Source: Desulfatiglandales bacterium
Lineage (GTDB): Bacteria > Desulfobacterota > DSM-4660 > Desulfatiglandales > Desulfatiglandaceae
Direction: 5' to 3'
DNA: 64,000 nucleotides
Assembly: GCA_963662465.1 (NCBI GenBank)
Contig: OY759599.1
Location: 5,792,001-5,856,000 of the forward strand
The number at the start of each line of letters is the position of its first letter. Positions within the stretch are counted from its first letter, which is position 1. A program made the position numbers and the translations under genes. The notes under the pieces were generated by a model. That model was not told the origin of the DNA and did no database searches. It saw nothing but the letters and a program-made list of their open reading frames with translations. Of the stretch, positions 28,270-39,546 are shown piece after piece.

Positions 28270-29136
28270 TTATTCTATTGTGTTAAGCTTATTTTGCGCA
28301 ATTTTTGCTTCGCTGGATTTGGGGTAATTTTTGATCAGTTTTTTCAGGAGCAATTTAGCGCTGGTCTTGTCCTTTAGCTCGTAAAAAGCCAATGCCTGCC
28401 TGAGAAGCGCATTTGGGACCTTGTTTCCCCTGGGGTATTTCTTTATCACGTCCTGAAAACCCAGAATCGCCTGCTCATACTGCTTTAGGGCCATGTATGA
28501 TTCCCCGATCCAGAACGCGGCATTGTCGGCTAACGTGGATTTTGGGTGGATTTTGAGGAAATTTTTGAAGCCGACGATGGCCTCCTCGTATTTTTCCCCG
28601 CGATAAAATGCCAGGTTTATGTCATATAGTTTCTGATCCGAGGGAATTTCAACTTCGGGTTTCGGCAGGGCCTCAGGCTTAGAGAATTGTGGGATCCGGG
28701 GGACCGCTGCCGGCGGTGCGCCGGCGTCCTTTTCCTCCTGCTTGATCATGGGTTCGAGACCGAGATAGGAAGAGAGTCTGTCCACCTGCAACTCCAACCG
28801 GGTCATTCGCTCCATCAGCCCGGAAACGCTTCCGACCAGCGTATCCCCTTCCGTGGTGTCCCTTTCAATGGTGCGTTTGAGTAGATGGCTGTTTTCGTCC
28901 AGACGTCCATTTAGAAACCGCATTTCTTCTTTCAATCGATCCATTTCGGCGCTGCCCGTGGCCATGCGGTCGTTGTTTGAAACCATGGCTTTATCGGTTT
29001 TTGTTTCAACGGCGTCGATTCTTTTGTTGAGATACTGAAACTTTTCTTCCGTGACGCATGCGGAAAAAATGAGGAAAACAGCGAAAAAGAAAACCAGTCT
29101 GACACCCATGGGTTTGATTAAAAGAAGACGTCCCAT
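28270..29136 (-). CDS. cpoB: Tol-Pal protein CpoB/YbgF
   Basis: Lipobox, coiled coil, TPR (LADNAAFWIGE, GNKVPNALL); downstream of pal. Confidence 0.9.
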   Translation of the reverse strand: MGRLLLIKPMGVRLVFFFAVFLIFSACVTEEKFQYLNKRIDAVETKTDKAMVSNNDRMATGSAEMDRLKEEMRFLNGRLDENSHLLKRTIERDTTEGDTLVGSVSGLMERMTRLELQVDRLSSYLGLEPMIKQEEKDAGAPPAAVPRIPQFSKPEALPKPEVEIPSDQKLYDINLAFYRGEKYEEAIVGFKNFLKIHPKSTLADNAAFWIGESYMALKQYEQAILGFQDVIKKYPRGNKVPNALLRQALAFYELKDKTSAKLLLKKLIKNYPKSSEAKIAQNKLNTIE

Positions 29137-29162
29137 TTTTTTACTCCGGTAGTTTATGTATT

Positions 29163-29235
29163 AGGCGATAGGTGATAGGCCATAGGCGATAGGCGGAGGG
29201 AATCCCCATCGCCTTTCGCCCATTACCTATCGCCT
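29163..29235. repeat. GCGATAG heptamer-built hairpin between pal and cpoB
   Basis: ggcgata ggtgata ggccata ggcgata ggc ... catcgcc tttcgcc cattacc tatcgcc. Confidence 0.85.
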
Positions 29236-29255
29236 TTAGTTTTTACGAACACGGG

Positions 29256-29813
29256 TTACTGAAAAAGTTTAAAGGTATCTCTTCTGTTCAAGGCCCATGC
29301 CACGGGGTTATTGGCGGGATCCGCCGGTCTCAACTCCCCGTAGCTGATGGTTTTAAGGCGGTCCGGAGAAATTCCCAGGGCCACGAGAAAGCTTTTGGCG
29401 GACATGGCTCTTCTTTCTCCCAGGGCTAGATTGTATTCTTCCGTGCCCCTTTCGTCGCAGTTGCCGGCAATAAGGATCGAGTAGGATGGATTTGCACGCA
29501 GAAAATTGGCTTTTTCCCTCAAAATTTCCTGGGATTCAGGTTTCAAATTCGATCTGTCAAACTCAAAATAGATGCTGACATTTTCAAAGTCGGAAATCAG
29601 GGCGGCCTGTCTGGCTGCGGCTGCTTCCGCTTCAACGCCCTCTACCACCACCACTTTTGGCGCTTCTTTAACGACGATAACCTCTTCGGATTGACCCGCG
29701 AGCGGGTTTGCCCCGGCGGATGTGTCCAACTGCTTTTCCGCACAGGATGTCATAAAGAAAACCGAACAGATAAAAAAAATGGCTTTGAAGCCGGTGATGA
29801 ATCTCTTTTCCAT
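29256..29813 (-). CDS. pal: Peptidoglycan-associated lipoprotein Pal
   Basis: Lipobox MTSC; IYFEFD, GNCDERGTEEYNLALGERRA, SYGE, NRR; start after AAGGAGG. Confidence 0.93.
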   Translation of the reverse strand: MEKRFITGFKAIFFICSVFFMTSCAEKQLDTSAGANPLAGQSEEVIVVKEAPKVVVVEGVEAEAAAARQAALISDFENVSIYFEFDRSNLKPESQEILREKANFLRANPSYSILIAGNCDERGTEEYNLALGERRAMSAKSFLVALGISPDRLKTISYGELRPADPANNPVAWALNRRDTFKLFQ

Positions 29814-29934
29814 ACGCTCTTTCCCTCCTTTAATTTGTGGATAAGATCTTTCTATCATTTCCAATTATCCATTTCAAGAGCATATTAGTACCTTATCACC
29901 TGGTTTTCCGCTACAAAAAACGAGAAGGTCATCA

Positions 29935-29970
29935 ATTTAAAACTTAAAACCTAAAACCGCGGTTTGCCGC
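29935..29970 (-). terminator. GCGGCAAACCGC hairpin plus TTTTAGG/TTTTAAG heptamers overlapping the gene end
   Basis: Same family as 18029; supplies last codons and stop of the dehydrogenase. Confidence 0.55.
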
Positions 29971-30906
29971 TTTAAGAATGGCGAGTAATTTTTTGTCTCG
30001 TTCTTTTACGGCGGACGTTCCATGTTTTTCGTTAGGGGGATATGAAAAGAACCCCTTCCCTGTTTTCGCGCCAAGGTGGTGATGGTCGACCTTTTCTTTC
30101 AAAATCCTATGGGGTTCTACGGAGTTGTCCAGATATTTGTAGAGATAATCGGTCCCTTTGAGCATCAAATCGAGTCCCGCAAGATCCATGGTTTCCAGGA
30201 CGCCCATGACGCCCAGGCGAAAGCCGAAGCTCCCTTTGACGGCTAAATCCAGATCTTCCGGCGATGCCATTCCCTGTTCCAGGAGAGAAAGGACCTCTCT
30301 GAACATGGCGGTCTGAATGCGGTTGATCAGAAATCCCGGACTCTCTTTCATCACTTTTACGGGTTGCTTGCCGATCCTTTTCAAAAGGTTAAAAGTGAAT
30401 GAAAATGTCTCTTGGGAAGTCTCCTTTCCCATCACAACCTCCACCACCGGAACAATATGCGGCGGGTTGAACCAATGGGTAATAATGAGTTTATCGCGTT
30501 TTGAAGTACCTGCGCCGAATTGAGAAATGGGCAGCATGGAGGTATTGCTGGCCAGGATGGCATCATCATGGGTGTAGGCATCCATTTGATTGAATAGATC
30601 CGTTTTGAGGGCCATATCCTCAGGGGCCGCTTCCACCACAAAATCTGCGTCCAGAACAGCGTAGTCCAGGCTGGTAACGGGCCGGATCATTGAAAGGGTT
30701 TCTTCAATGAATGCCTCATTTGCGACACCGGATTCTACAAAAGTGCAAAGGTTGGATCTGATGCTTTGAAGGGCCTTGTCCAGCACCCCGCTGTCGACAT
30801 CATACAAATTGACCGGATAGCCTTTCTGCGCGAATGCCTGGGCGATTCCGTGTCCCATGATTCCCGCACCTACCACCGCAATACGACCGGCATCTAACAA
30901 AATCAT
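29944..30906 (-). CDS. 3-hydroxyacyl-CoA dehydrogenase family oxidoreductase (start uncertain)
   Basis: GAGIMGHG, EAAPE, ASNTS, HWFNPP, PGFLINR, GAKTGKGF. Confidence 0.9.
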   Translation of the reverse strand: MILLDAGRIAVVGAGIMGHGIAQAFAQKGYPVNLYDVDSGVLDKALQSIRSNLCTFVESGVANEAFIEETLSMIRPVTSLDYAVLDADFVVEAAPEDMALKTDLFNQMDAYTHDDAILASNTSMLPISQFGAGTSKRDKLIITHWFNPPHIVPVVEVVMGKETSQETFSFTFNLLKRIGKQPVKVMKESPGFLINRIQTAMFREVLSLLEQGMASPEDLDLAVKGSFGFRLGVMGVLETMDLAGLDLMLKGTDYLYKYLDNSVEPHRILKEKVDHHHLGAKTGKGFFSYPPNEKHGTSAVKERDKKLLAILKAANRGFRF

Positions 30907-30916
30907 TCTCCTTTTT

Positions 30917-32922
<2,006 letters not shown>

Positions 32923-32939
32923 TATGATTTACCCGCGAC

Positions 32940-33818
32940 CTATTCAAAAAATTCGGATCGACCGAAAAACCCTCTTGGCCTGATGGTGAGGATCACGGCC
33001 ATGAACACATACATGAGGATGGTGGCGCCGGGAGGCCAGAAAATAATCCCTAAAGTGACCAGTTCCCCCATGATAAGACCCGCCAGAACAGACCCGGCGA
33101 TACTCCCCATGCCCCCGATGATGACGATAACAAAGGTTTCGATGAGAATGTCCATCCCCATGAGGGGTTGAATATTCTGAATGGGCGCAATCAGTACCCC
33201 CGCAAGTCCGGAAAGGGCCGCGCCCATGCCGAATACCCATGTAAAGACCCCTGAGATATTAGTGCCCAGGGCATCAGCCATCTCGCTGTCGTCGGTTCCC
33301 GCCCGGATAATGGCGCCCATCTTGGTTTTAGCGATAAACAACCAGACGCCTAAGGCCAGAAGCGCGGTAATGATGATCACGAAAAGCCTGTATTTCGGGT
33401 AGAGCATAAATCCCAGATTCACGGCGCCCCGCAAAAAAGAGGGGATGCCGAAGGGCTCGCCTTCAGGGCCGTATATGATCTTGATGCCGTCCTGGATGAT
33501 AAACATGATCCCGAAGGTGAGCAGAAGATTAAAATAATGGGGAAGGTTGTACAGCCTCCGGATGAGGAGTCTTTCAAGGGCAATGCCGATGATGCCCACC
33601 AGGAGGGGGCAGATGAAAAGGGCTGCGGCAAAGGGCATGTGTAGCGTTTTGACAACGGTGTAAGCTGCATAGGCCCCCAGCATATACAAGGCGCCGTGAG
33701 CGAAATTAACGACGCCCAGGGTTCCGAAAATAACCGTCAGTCCCAGGGAAAGGAGTACATAGATGGCGCCCAGGATCAAACCGTTAAAGAGGTGGATTAA
33801 AATGAAGTTAAATGTCAT
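32940..33818 (-). CDS. livH: Liv-type ABC permease LivH
   Basis: GLTVIFG..VVNFAHG, GGMGSIAG, RPRGFFG. Confidence 0.92.
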   Translation of the reverse strand: MTFNFILIHLFNGLILGAIYVLLSLGLTVIFGTLGVVNFAHGALYMLGAYAAYTVVKTLHMPFAAALFICPLLVGIIGIALERLLIRRLYNLPHYFNLLLTFGIMFIIQDGIKIIYGPEGEPFGIPSFLRGAVNLGFMLYPKYRLFVIIITALLALGVWLFIAKTKMGAIIRAGTDDSEMADALGTNISGVFTWVFGMGAALSGLAGVLIAPIQNIQPLMGMDILIETFVIVIIGGMGSIAGSVLAGLIMGELVTLGIIFWPPGATILMYVFMAVILTIRPRGFFGRSEFFE

Positions 33819-33835
33819 CGCCCATAAGCCCCATG

Positions 33836-33875
33836 GGTATCCGGGAGAAGGCGATAGACCGCCTCCTCCCGTACC
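33836..33875 (-). promoter_or_regulatory. GC-rich stem-loop after the binding-protein gene (mRNA stabiliser or partial terminator)
   Basis: CGGGAGGAGGCG-GTCTAT-CGCCTTCTCCCG on minus strand. Confidence 0.55.
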
Positions 33876-33881
33876 GGGAAA

Positions 33882-35084
33882 TTACTTTTTCAGGTTGCAG
33901 CCGAACTGGCCCGGCGTTCCAAATGCTTCTTCCGCGGACAGGGCGCCGATAATCTCGAAATAGTCATCTTTTTCTTTGACTTCTCCGGGTTTTTTCACCC
34001 GGAGGAGCAATGCTTTGCCCACCTGCATATGATCTTCGGGCCGGATGTATCCGGGATTGGCAAACAGATCGATGAAGGTATGCCCTTCCAACTGTTTGAT
34101 GACCGCGTCGGCATCGGTTGTGCCCGCTCGCTTCACCGCATCAAGATACTGCCAGGTGGCGCTGTACACGGCAGCCGCCATGAAATGGGGGCGTTCCCCG
34201 GTTTTCTTGAGATATTTGTCCGCGAATTCCCTTGCGCCGGGATTGTCCACCTTCCAGTTCCAGGAAGCCGCCACATAATCATCCTGAAAGGTTTCAGGGC
34301 CGGCCCCCCGGATGCTGGGTTCAAACAGAAGGGCATGGACAATCTTGCAGTTGCCCTTTAAACCGTACTCAGCAGCCGCCTTGGTTGAATTGACGGCATC
34401 TTTCCCCACATTCAGCAGCACCAGTACATCCGGTTTGGCCTGCATGGCTTTCAGAATATAGGGGCTGTAGTCGGAGGTTTTCAGCGCCACCATATCGTTT
34501 CCCACATGAATCCCGCCCTTGGCCTTTAAGGCGGCCTTGAAGTGTTTCAGAAGGTCATGGCCCCATGCATAATCGCTGGTGATGGTATACCAGCGTTTCC
34601 CCAGGTGCTCCGCCCCCCAGAGGCCCACGGTGGTGGCCAGCATGTAATCGTTATAATTCCATTTGATCACATAAGGATTGCACTGTTTTCCGATGAGTTC
34701 CGTTGTGCCCGCGGAGGTGGAGATAAACAGCTTCTTATGAATCTCGGCCTGTTTGGCAACGGCCAGGGCCGCCGCGCTGTTGGGACAGGCGACGATCACA
34801 TCAACATTATATTTTTCGTAGAGCTCTTTGGCCTTTTCGTTAGCGATGCCCGGGTTGTAGGCATGGTCCTTTGCAATCAATTCGACCTTTTTCCCCAACA
34901 CCGGTCCGTAATCCTCGATGGCCATTTCAGCGGCCCATTTTTCCCCGTTTCCAATCACCGCCAGGGGGCCGGACAACACGCTGAGCACCCCCACCTTTAC
35001 GGCATCCCCAGCGCCCGCGGGGCACACTGTGAAAAGAAACGCAACCATTACCAATATTGCCGTCAATGAAAATTTCTTACCCAT
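33882..35084 (-). CDS. Periplasmic substrate-binding protein, Leu/Ile/Val-binding (PBP1) family
   Basis: Signal peptide, VKVGVL..LSGP, DYAWG, IRPEDH. Confidence 0.9.
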   Translation of the reverse strand: MGKKFSLTAILVMVAFLFTVCPAGAGDAVKVGVLSVLSGPLAVIGNGEKWAAEMAIEDYGPVLGKKVELIAKDHAYNPGIANEKAKELYEKYNVDVIVACPNSAAALAVAKQAEIHKKLFISTSAGTTELIGKQCNPYVIKWNYNDYMLATTVGLWGAEHLGKRWYTITSDYAWGHDLLKHFKAALKAKGGIHVGNDMVALKTSDYSPYILKAMQAKPDVLVLLNVGKDAVNSTKAAAEYGLKGNCKIVHALLFEPSIRGAGPETFQDDYVAASWNWKVDNPGAREFADKYLKKTGERPHFMAAAVYSATWQYLDAVKRAGTTDADAVIKQLEGHTFIDLFANPGYIRPEDHMQVGKALLLRVKKPGEVKEKDDYFEIIGALSAEEAFGTPGQFGCNLKK

Positions 35085-35195
35085 GGTGATCCTCCTGTTG
35101 TTTTGATTTGTCCTTGAACTTCGACTGGTTTGTTGACACTCCGGTTGCAGGCGTCACCTCCTTCCCGCCATGGGGATGGATGAAACCATTCCTTC

Positions 35196-35891
35196 TCAAA
35201 CCCCCAGATATCGCTTTTGAATCTCGTGGTCTTTGCGAAAATGCGCATTGTCCGCGCTGTATACAATTTTTCCCCCATAGAGGATCTGGTGCCTGTCCGC
35301 CACTTCGGTGGCAAAACGGGTGTTTTGTTCGATTAAGAGAATCGTGAGCCCGTTGTTTTTAATTTCTCCGATGATGGCGCCGATAGACCGAACCAAGAGG
35401 GGCGCCAGCCCTTCCGTGGGTTCGTCCAGAAGGATCAGGTCCATTTTGGCCCTCAATATCCGGGCAATGGCCAGCATCTGCTGTTCCCCGCCGCTGAGCT
35501 GGGTCCCTCTGTTGTGGGACCGTCTTTTCAGCACTGGAAAAAATTCGTAGATTTTTTCCAGCTTCCAGCCCTCCCCGCCCGTTCCCCAGACCGGGAACAT
35601 GATATTCTCAAGAACGGTCAGGCTGGGGAAAATTCGGCGTTCTTCAGGAACGAACCCAACACCTTGCCGTGCGATTTTATGGGGCGCGAGCCCTGAAATT
35701 TCCCGACCCTTAAAAACAATTTTACCGGATCTGAGCGGCACGATTCCCATAATAGACTTGACGGTGGTGGTTTTCCCGGCCCCGTTTCGTCCCAGGAGCG
35801 TCACCACCTCTCCCCTTTGAATATCCATGGAAAGACCGCGGAGGATATGGCTTTCATCGTAATATGCGTGAACGTCTTCCAACGTGAGCAA
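35196..35891 (-). CDS. livF: ABC ATP-binding protein LivF
   Basis: GRNGAGKTT, LSGGEQQMLAIAR, DEPTEGLAP. Confidence 0.93.
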   Translation of the reverse strand: MLTLEDVHAYYDESHILRGLSMDIQRGEVVTLLGRNGAGKTTTVKSIMGIVPLRSGKIVFKGREISGLAPHKIARQGVGFVPEERRIFPSLTVLENIMFPVWGTGGEGWKLEKIYEFFPVLKRRSHNRGTQLSGGEQQMLAIARILRAKMDLILLDEPTEGLAPLLVRSIGAIIGEIKNNGLTILLIEQNTRFATEVADRHQILYGGKIVYSADNAHFRKDHEIQKRYLGV

Positions 35892-35893
35892 TC

Positions 35894-36658
35894 TTAGTAT
35901 CCCCCCAGATAGGCGGTCTGAACCTTTTCGTTTTCCTGTATTTGGGCCGGCGACCCTTCGGCAATGACCTGTCCCTGGTTCAGGACCGTAATCACATGGC
36001 TCAGGGCGATGACGAGATCAATGTTGTGATCGATGAGAACCACCGTCAATTCCTTCGAAATATCCCGCACCAGTTGCATCATCCACTCCACGTCCGCGGC
36101 CTGAAGTCCTGCCATGGGTTCGTCCAGAAGAATCAATTCAGGATCGGTGGCCAGAGAAATGCCGATATCCAGAACCCGCTTTTCCCCATAGGAAAGATTC
36201 TTGCTGATCACCCCTCCCTTATCCGCGAGTCCGATGGCTTCCAGCACCTCATCGGCTTTTTGGGCGGCGCTTTTCAGCCGGGTGAAGTGCCTGAGAAAGT
36301 TGATGGACATCCGTTCCCGCGCCTGGGCCGCCACCCGAAGATTTTCGTGAACCGACAGTTCCGGAAAAATACTGGTGATTTGGAAGGAGCGGGCGATCCC
36401 CTTTTTTGAAATTTTGTAAGGGGGTAGATTGGTGACATCCTCACCCTTAAAAAAAACCGTGCCGCTGCTCACCGGGACAAAACCCGTCATCAGGTTGAAA
36501 AGGGTTGTTTTACCGGCGCCGTTGGGGCCGATAACGGAATGGATGCTCCCCGTGACGATCTTTAGGGCCACGTGGTCGATAACCTGCAACGCCCCAAAGT
36601 TCTTGCTGATATTGCGTGCTTCAAGGAGGGTCAAAGGGTTCATGATAGTCCCGCTCAA
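35894..36658 (-). CDS. livG: ABC ATP-binding protein LivG (start may be 36643)
   Basis: GPNGAGKTT, LSYGEKR, AYLG. Confidence 0.93.
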   Translation of the reverse strand: MSGTIMNPLTLLEARNISKNFGALQVIDHVALKIVTGSIHSVIGPNGAGKTTLFNLMTGFVPVSSGTVFFKGEDVTNLPPYKISKKGIARSFQITSIFPELSVHENLRVAAQARERMSINFLRHFTRLKSAAQKADEVLEAIGLADKGGVISKNLSYGEKRVLDIGISLATDPELILLDEPMAGLQAADVEWMMQLVRDISKELTVVLIDHNIDLVIALSHVITVLNQGQVIAEGSPAQIQENEKVQTAYLGGY

Positions 36659-36669
36659 AGGGAAATCTC

Positions 36670-37581
36670 CTATGCCGCGGGCAAATGAAGAATTTTTCTG
36701 GCTTCCGCGGGGGTGGCAATCTCGCGACCCAGTTCCCCGGCAATCCTGACCACCTTTGCCACCAGTTCCGCATTGCTTTTGGCCGGTACGCCCTCGGATA
36801 GATAGATATTGTCTTCAAACCCCACCCGCACATGCCCCCCCATGATAATGGACATGGTGGCCATTTCAAATTCTTTTAAGCCGACGGCGCATACGGACCA
36901 GGGAGAGTTTTCGGGGATATTGCGCACCATGTGGAGGAGGTTGTCCACGGTGGCGGGAATCTGGCCCAATATTCCCAGAACACATTGGAAGTAAAGGGGT
37001 TTTTCAAGATGCCCCATCTCCGCCAGTACGATGGCGTTGTTGATCATTCCGATGTCATAGCATTCCAGTTCGGGCTTGACCTGGTTGGCCTTCATGACTT
37101 CGGCCATATGCACCATATCCGGAAAGCTGTGGACCATGACAAACTTGAGCAGAAAATCCTTTTTTTTCCGGTTGTAGATGTCAATGACCGGAGAACCGGC
37201 GTTAAATGAGGCCAGATCCGGTTTTGCCCGAGGGTTTTGGGCCAGCGCCGGTATCACGCTCAAGCGCCCCTTGACGCTTTCTTCGGGGACTTCTTTGAAC
37301 AGGTAGTCCCCATCCACGCGTTTTCCCGTGCCGCCGGTGGATACGTTTACGATGATGTCGCATTGTTCCTTGATGGGAACAACCGCCTCCTCAAACCATT
37401 GGGCCTTGTTTTCCCCTTTTCCGGTTTCCGGATTCCTCGGGTGCAGGTGAACTACCGAGGCCCCCGCTTCATAGGCTTCAAGGGTCGCTGCTACCTGTTC
37501 TTTGGGCGTCTTGGGCAGGTATGGGTTTGCGTCCGGAGAGGCCCCACCGGTAATGGCTGCCGTGATAATCAGTTTTTCCAT
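36670..37581 (-). CDS. Beta-keto acid cleavage enzyme (BKACE/DUF849, Kce-like)
   Basis: KLIITAAITG, HLHPR, STGG, KPELECYD, GHVRVGFEDN. Confidence 0.93.
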   Translation of the reverse strand: MEKLIITAAITGGASPDANPYLPKTPKEQVAATLEAYEAGASVVHLHPRNPETGKGENKAQWFEEAVVPIKEQCDIIVNVSTGGTGKRVDGDYLFKEVPEESVKGRLSVIPALAQNPRAKPDLASFNAGSPVIDIYNRKKKDFLLKFVMVHSFPDMVHMAEVMKANQVKPELECYDIGMINNAIVLAEMGHLEKPLYFQCVLGILGQIPATVDNLLHMVRNIPENSPWSVCAVGLKEFEMATMSIIMGGHVRVGFEDNIYLSEGVPAKSNAELVAKVVRIAGELGREIATPAEARKILHLPAA

Positions 37582-37598
37582 TCAAATGTCCTCCCGAT

Positions 37599-37619
37599 GG
37601 GTTTACTGAAAGTAAACCC
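37599..37619. promoter_or_regulatory. Palindrome GGGTTTACT-GAA-AGTAAACCC upstream of BKACE; candidate operator
   Basis: Perfect 9-bp inverted repeat; related site at 38215-38231. Confidence 0.55.
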
Positions 37620-37626
37620 TCTAAAA

Positions 37627-38205
37627 TCAAATCCTGCGATAGGAATAGATCATGCACAAAAAGACGGTTTTTTCCTGTCCCAGGCTTCTTCCCGAATGCG
37701 GTATGGCCGCGTTGAAATAGGCGCTGTCCCCCGCTTTAAGGGTATAGGTCTTTTCGCCATAAAAAAACTCCATTTTTCCATCGAGGATAAAGATGAATTC
37801 TTCGCCATCGTGTTGAAACCCCTCGATGGGAGAGTGACGGTCTATGGTAATGAGCATGGGTTCCATGTTCTTGCCGCGCATGCGATAAGCGAGAGATTCG
37901 TATATATAGCCGCCTGTCGCTACCTTTAGTCGGCCGAGCTCCCCGTTCCCGGTCCTGTAAATATCCAGGTTGGCGTCTTTTTGGGTGTCATCATCATCAA
38001 TCAGAAGAGAGACGATTTCGGCATTGAATGCCGATGCAATTTTGGAAAGCGTTGAAATGGGCGGCGCTTTTTCGGAATTTTCAATTCGGGAAAGATAACC
38101 TTTGGTAAGACCGGTAACGGAAGCCAGCTGATCGAGCGTTATGCCGCTGTTCAGGCGGAGGGTTTTTATCCGTGCGGCAATTTTCTTTTCGTCGAAATCT
38201 TTCAT
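37627..38205 (-). CDS. XRE-family regulator with C-terminal cupin
   Basis: RIKTLR..LTKGYLSRIEN; HDGEEFIFILDG, GDSAYF..PH; start set at MKDFDEKK. Confidence 0.92.
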   Translation of the reverse strand: MKDFDEKKIAARIKTLRLNSGITLDQLASVTGLTKGYLSRIENSEKAPPISTLSKIASAFNAEIVSLLIDDDDTQKDANLDIYRTGNGELGRLKVATGGYIYESLAYRMRGKNMEPMLITIDRHSPIEGFQHDGEEFIFILDGKMEFFYGEKTYTLKAGDSAYFNAAIPHSGRSLGQEKTVFLCMIYSYRRI

Positions 38206-38408
38206 GGTTTCCGTGTATACAAATAGGAAACTTTTGTCAAACACAAAGTTGCCGTCCTGGTTGTTTTGATGGTTTGGCAAAGGACCCTGTGGACATTCTT
38301 TCAATTGGAGGATGGGGATTTAGGATGAAAATACAAATTAATTTGACACGCTTGCGCCATCGTTATAGTGTTGTGCCATGGTTATGGGATTCAAGATTCG
38401 GAGGAAAA

Positions 38409-38660
38409 ATGGCGGAGAAGAGCTTTGAAGCGGCCATGCAGCGATTAGAAGAGATCGTGCAGAGCCTCGAAGAGGGCCTGCCCTTGGAAAAATCTTTAAA
38501 AGTGTTCGAGGAAGGTATGTTGTTGTCTGGTTATTGTTCCAACGAACTTGAAGCAGCGGAAAAAAAGGTCACCGTGCTTATTCAGGAAAGTGGTGGAAAA
38601 TACAAGGAAACCCCCTTTAAACCGGGTGAAAAGAATAATGACGAATCCAATAAAATTTGA
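38409..38660 (+). CDS. xseB: Exodeoxyribonuclease VII small subunit
   Basis: SFEAAMQRLEEIV..LPLEKSL..FEEG; GGAGG RBS; xseB-ispA-dxs order. Confidence 0.92.
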   Translation: MAEKSFEAAMQRLEEIVQSLEEGLPLEKSLKVFEEGMLLSGYCSNELEAAEKKVTVLIQESGGKYKETPFKPGEKNNDESNKI

Positions 38661-39546
38661 CTTAAAGGCTTACCTCCTGGAAAAACGGGCGCAGGTGGAT
38701 CGTGCGCTTGATGACTATTTTCCTGAGGGTGATGGCCTTACGGCGGACCTCATAGAAGCCATGAGATACAGCCTTTTCGCCGGCGGAAAGAGATTGAGGC
38801 CGATTCTTTGCATGGCCGGCGCCGAGGCGGTGGGGGGTGACGGAAGCCATGTGCTTCCCGTGGCCTGCGCTTTGGAATTGATTCATACCTATTCCCTGAT
38901 TCATGATGATCTGCCCTTGATGGATGATGATGATCTCAGGCGTGGAAAACCCACCAACCACAAAGTTTATGGGGATGCCATTGCCCTTCTGGCGGGGGAC
39001 GGCCTGTTGACAGAGGCATTCAGCCTTATGACCTCAGCCCATGCCGCAGAGCGAATAGCGCCCGGTCTGCTGCTGGAGGCGATCGGAATGATTTCCCGCG
39101 CTGCCGGGCATGATGGGATGGTTGGGGGACAAGTGGTGGACATGCAGTGGGAGAAAAAGAAAGCAACCCTTGAAACGGTGAAATTTCTCCATACCCGCAA
39201 AACAGGCGCAATGATTACGGCTTCCGTAGTTTCCGGCGCCATTCTTGCCGGCGCCGCGAAACCTCAAATTCAGTCCATATTATCCTATGGGAAAAAAATA
39301 GGTTTGGCGTTTCAGATCTCCGACGACATCCTGGATGTTGAAGGGGACAGCGCAACCATGGGGAAAATGGCCGGGGCGGATGAAGAAAAAGGGAAAACCA
39401 CCTACCCGTCGGTTCTGGGCCTGGGTGAATCCAAAAAAATCCAGACGGAACTGGTTCAAGACGCCGTCCAATGCCTGAAAGGGTTTGGGGAAAAAGCAGC
39501 GCCCCTTCGACAAATTGCCTATTATATCATTGAGAGAAAAAAATGA
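38638..39546 (+). CDS. ispA: Farnesyl diphosphate synthase / polyprenyl synthetase
   Basis: [32 protein letters not shown]. Confidence 0.95.
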   Translation: MTNPIKFDLKAYLLEKRAQVDRALDDYFPEGDGLTADLIEAMRYSLFAGGKRLRPILCMAGAEAVGGDGSHVLPVACALELIHTYSLIHDDLPLMDDDDLRRGKPTNHKVYGDAIALLAGDGLLTEAFSLMTSAHAAERIAPGLLLEAIGMISRAAGHDGMVGGQVVDMQWEKKKATLETVKFLHTRKTGAMITASVVSGAILAGAAKPQIQSILSYGKKIGLAFQISDDILDVEGDSATMGKMAGADEEKGKTTYPSVLGLGESKKIQTELVQDAVQCLKGFGEKAAPLRQIAYYIIERKK

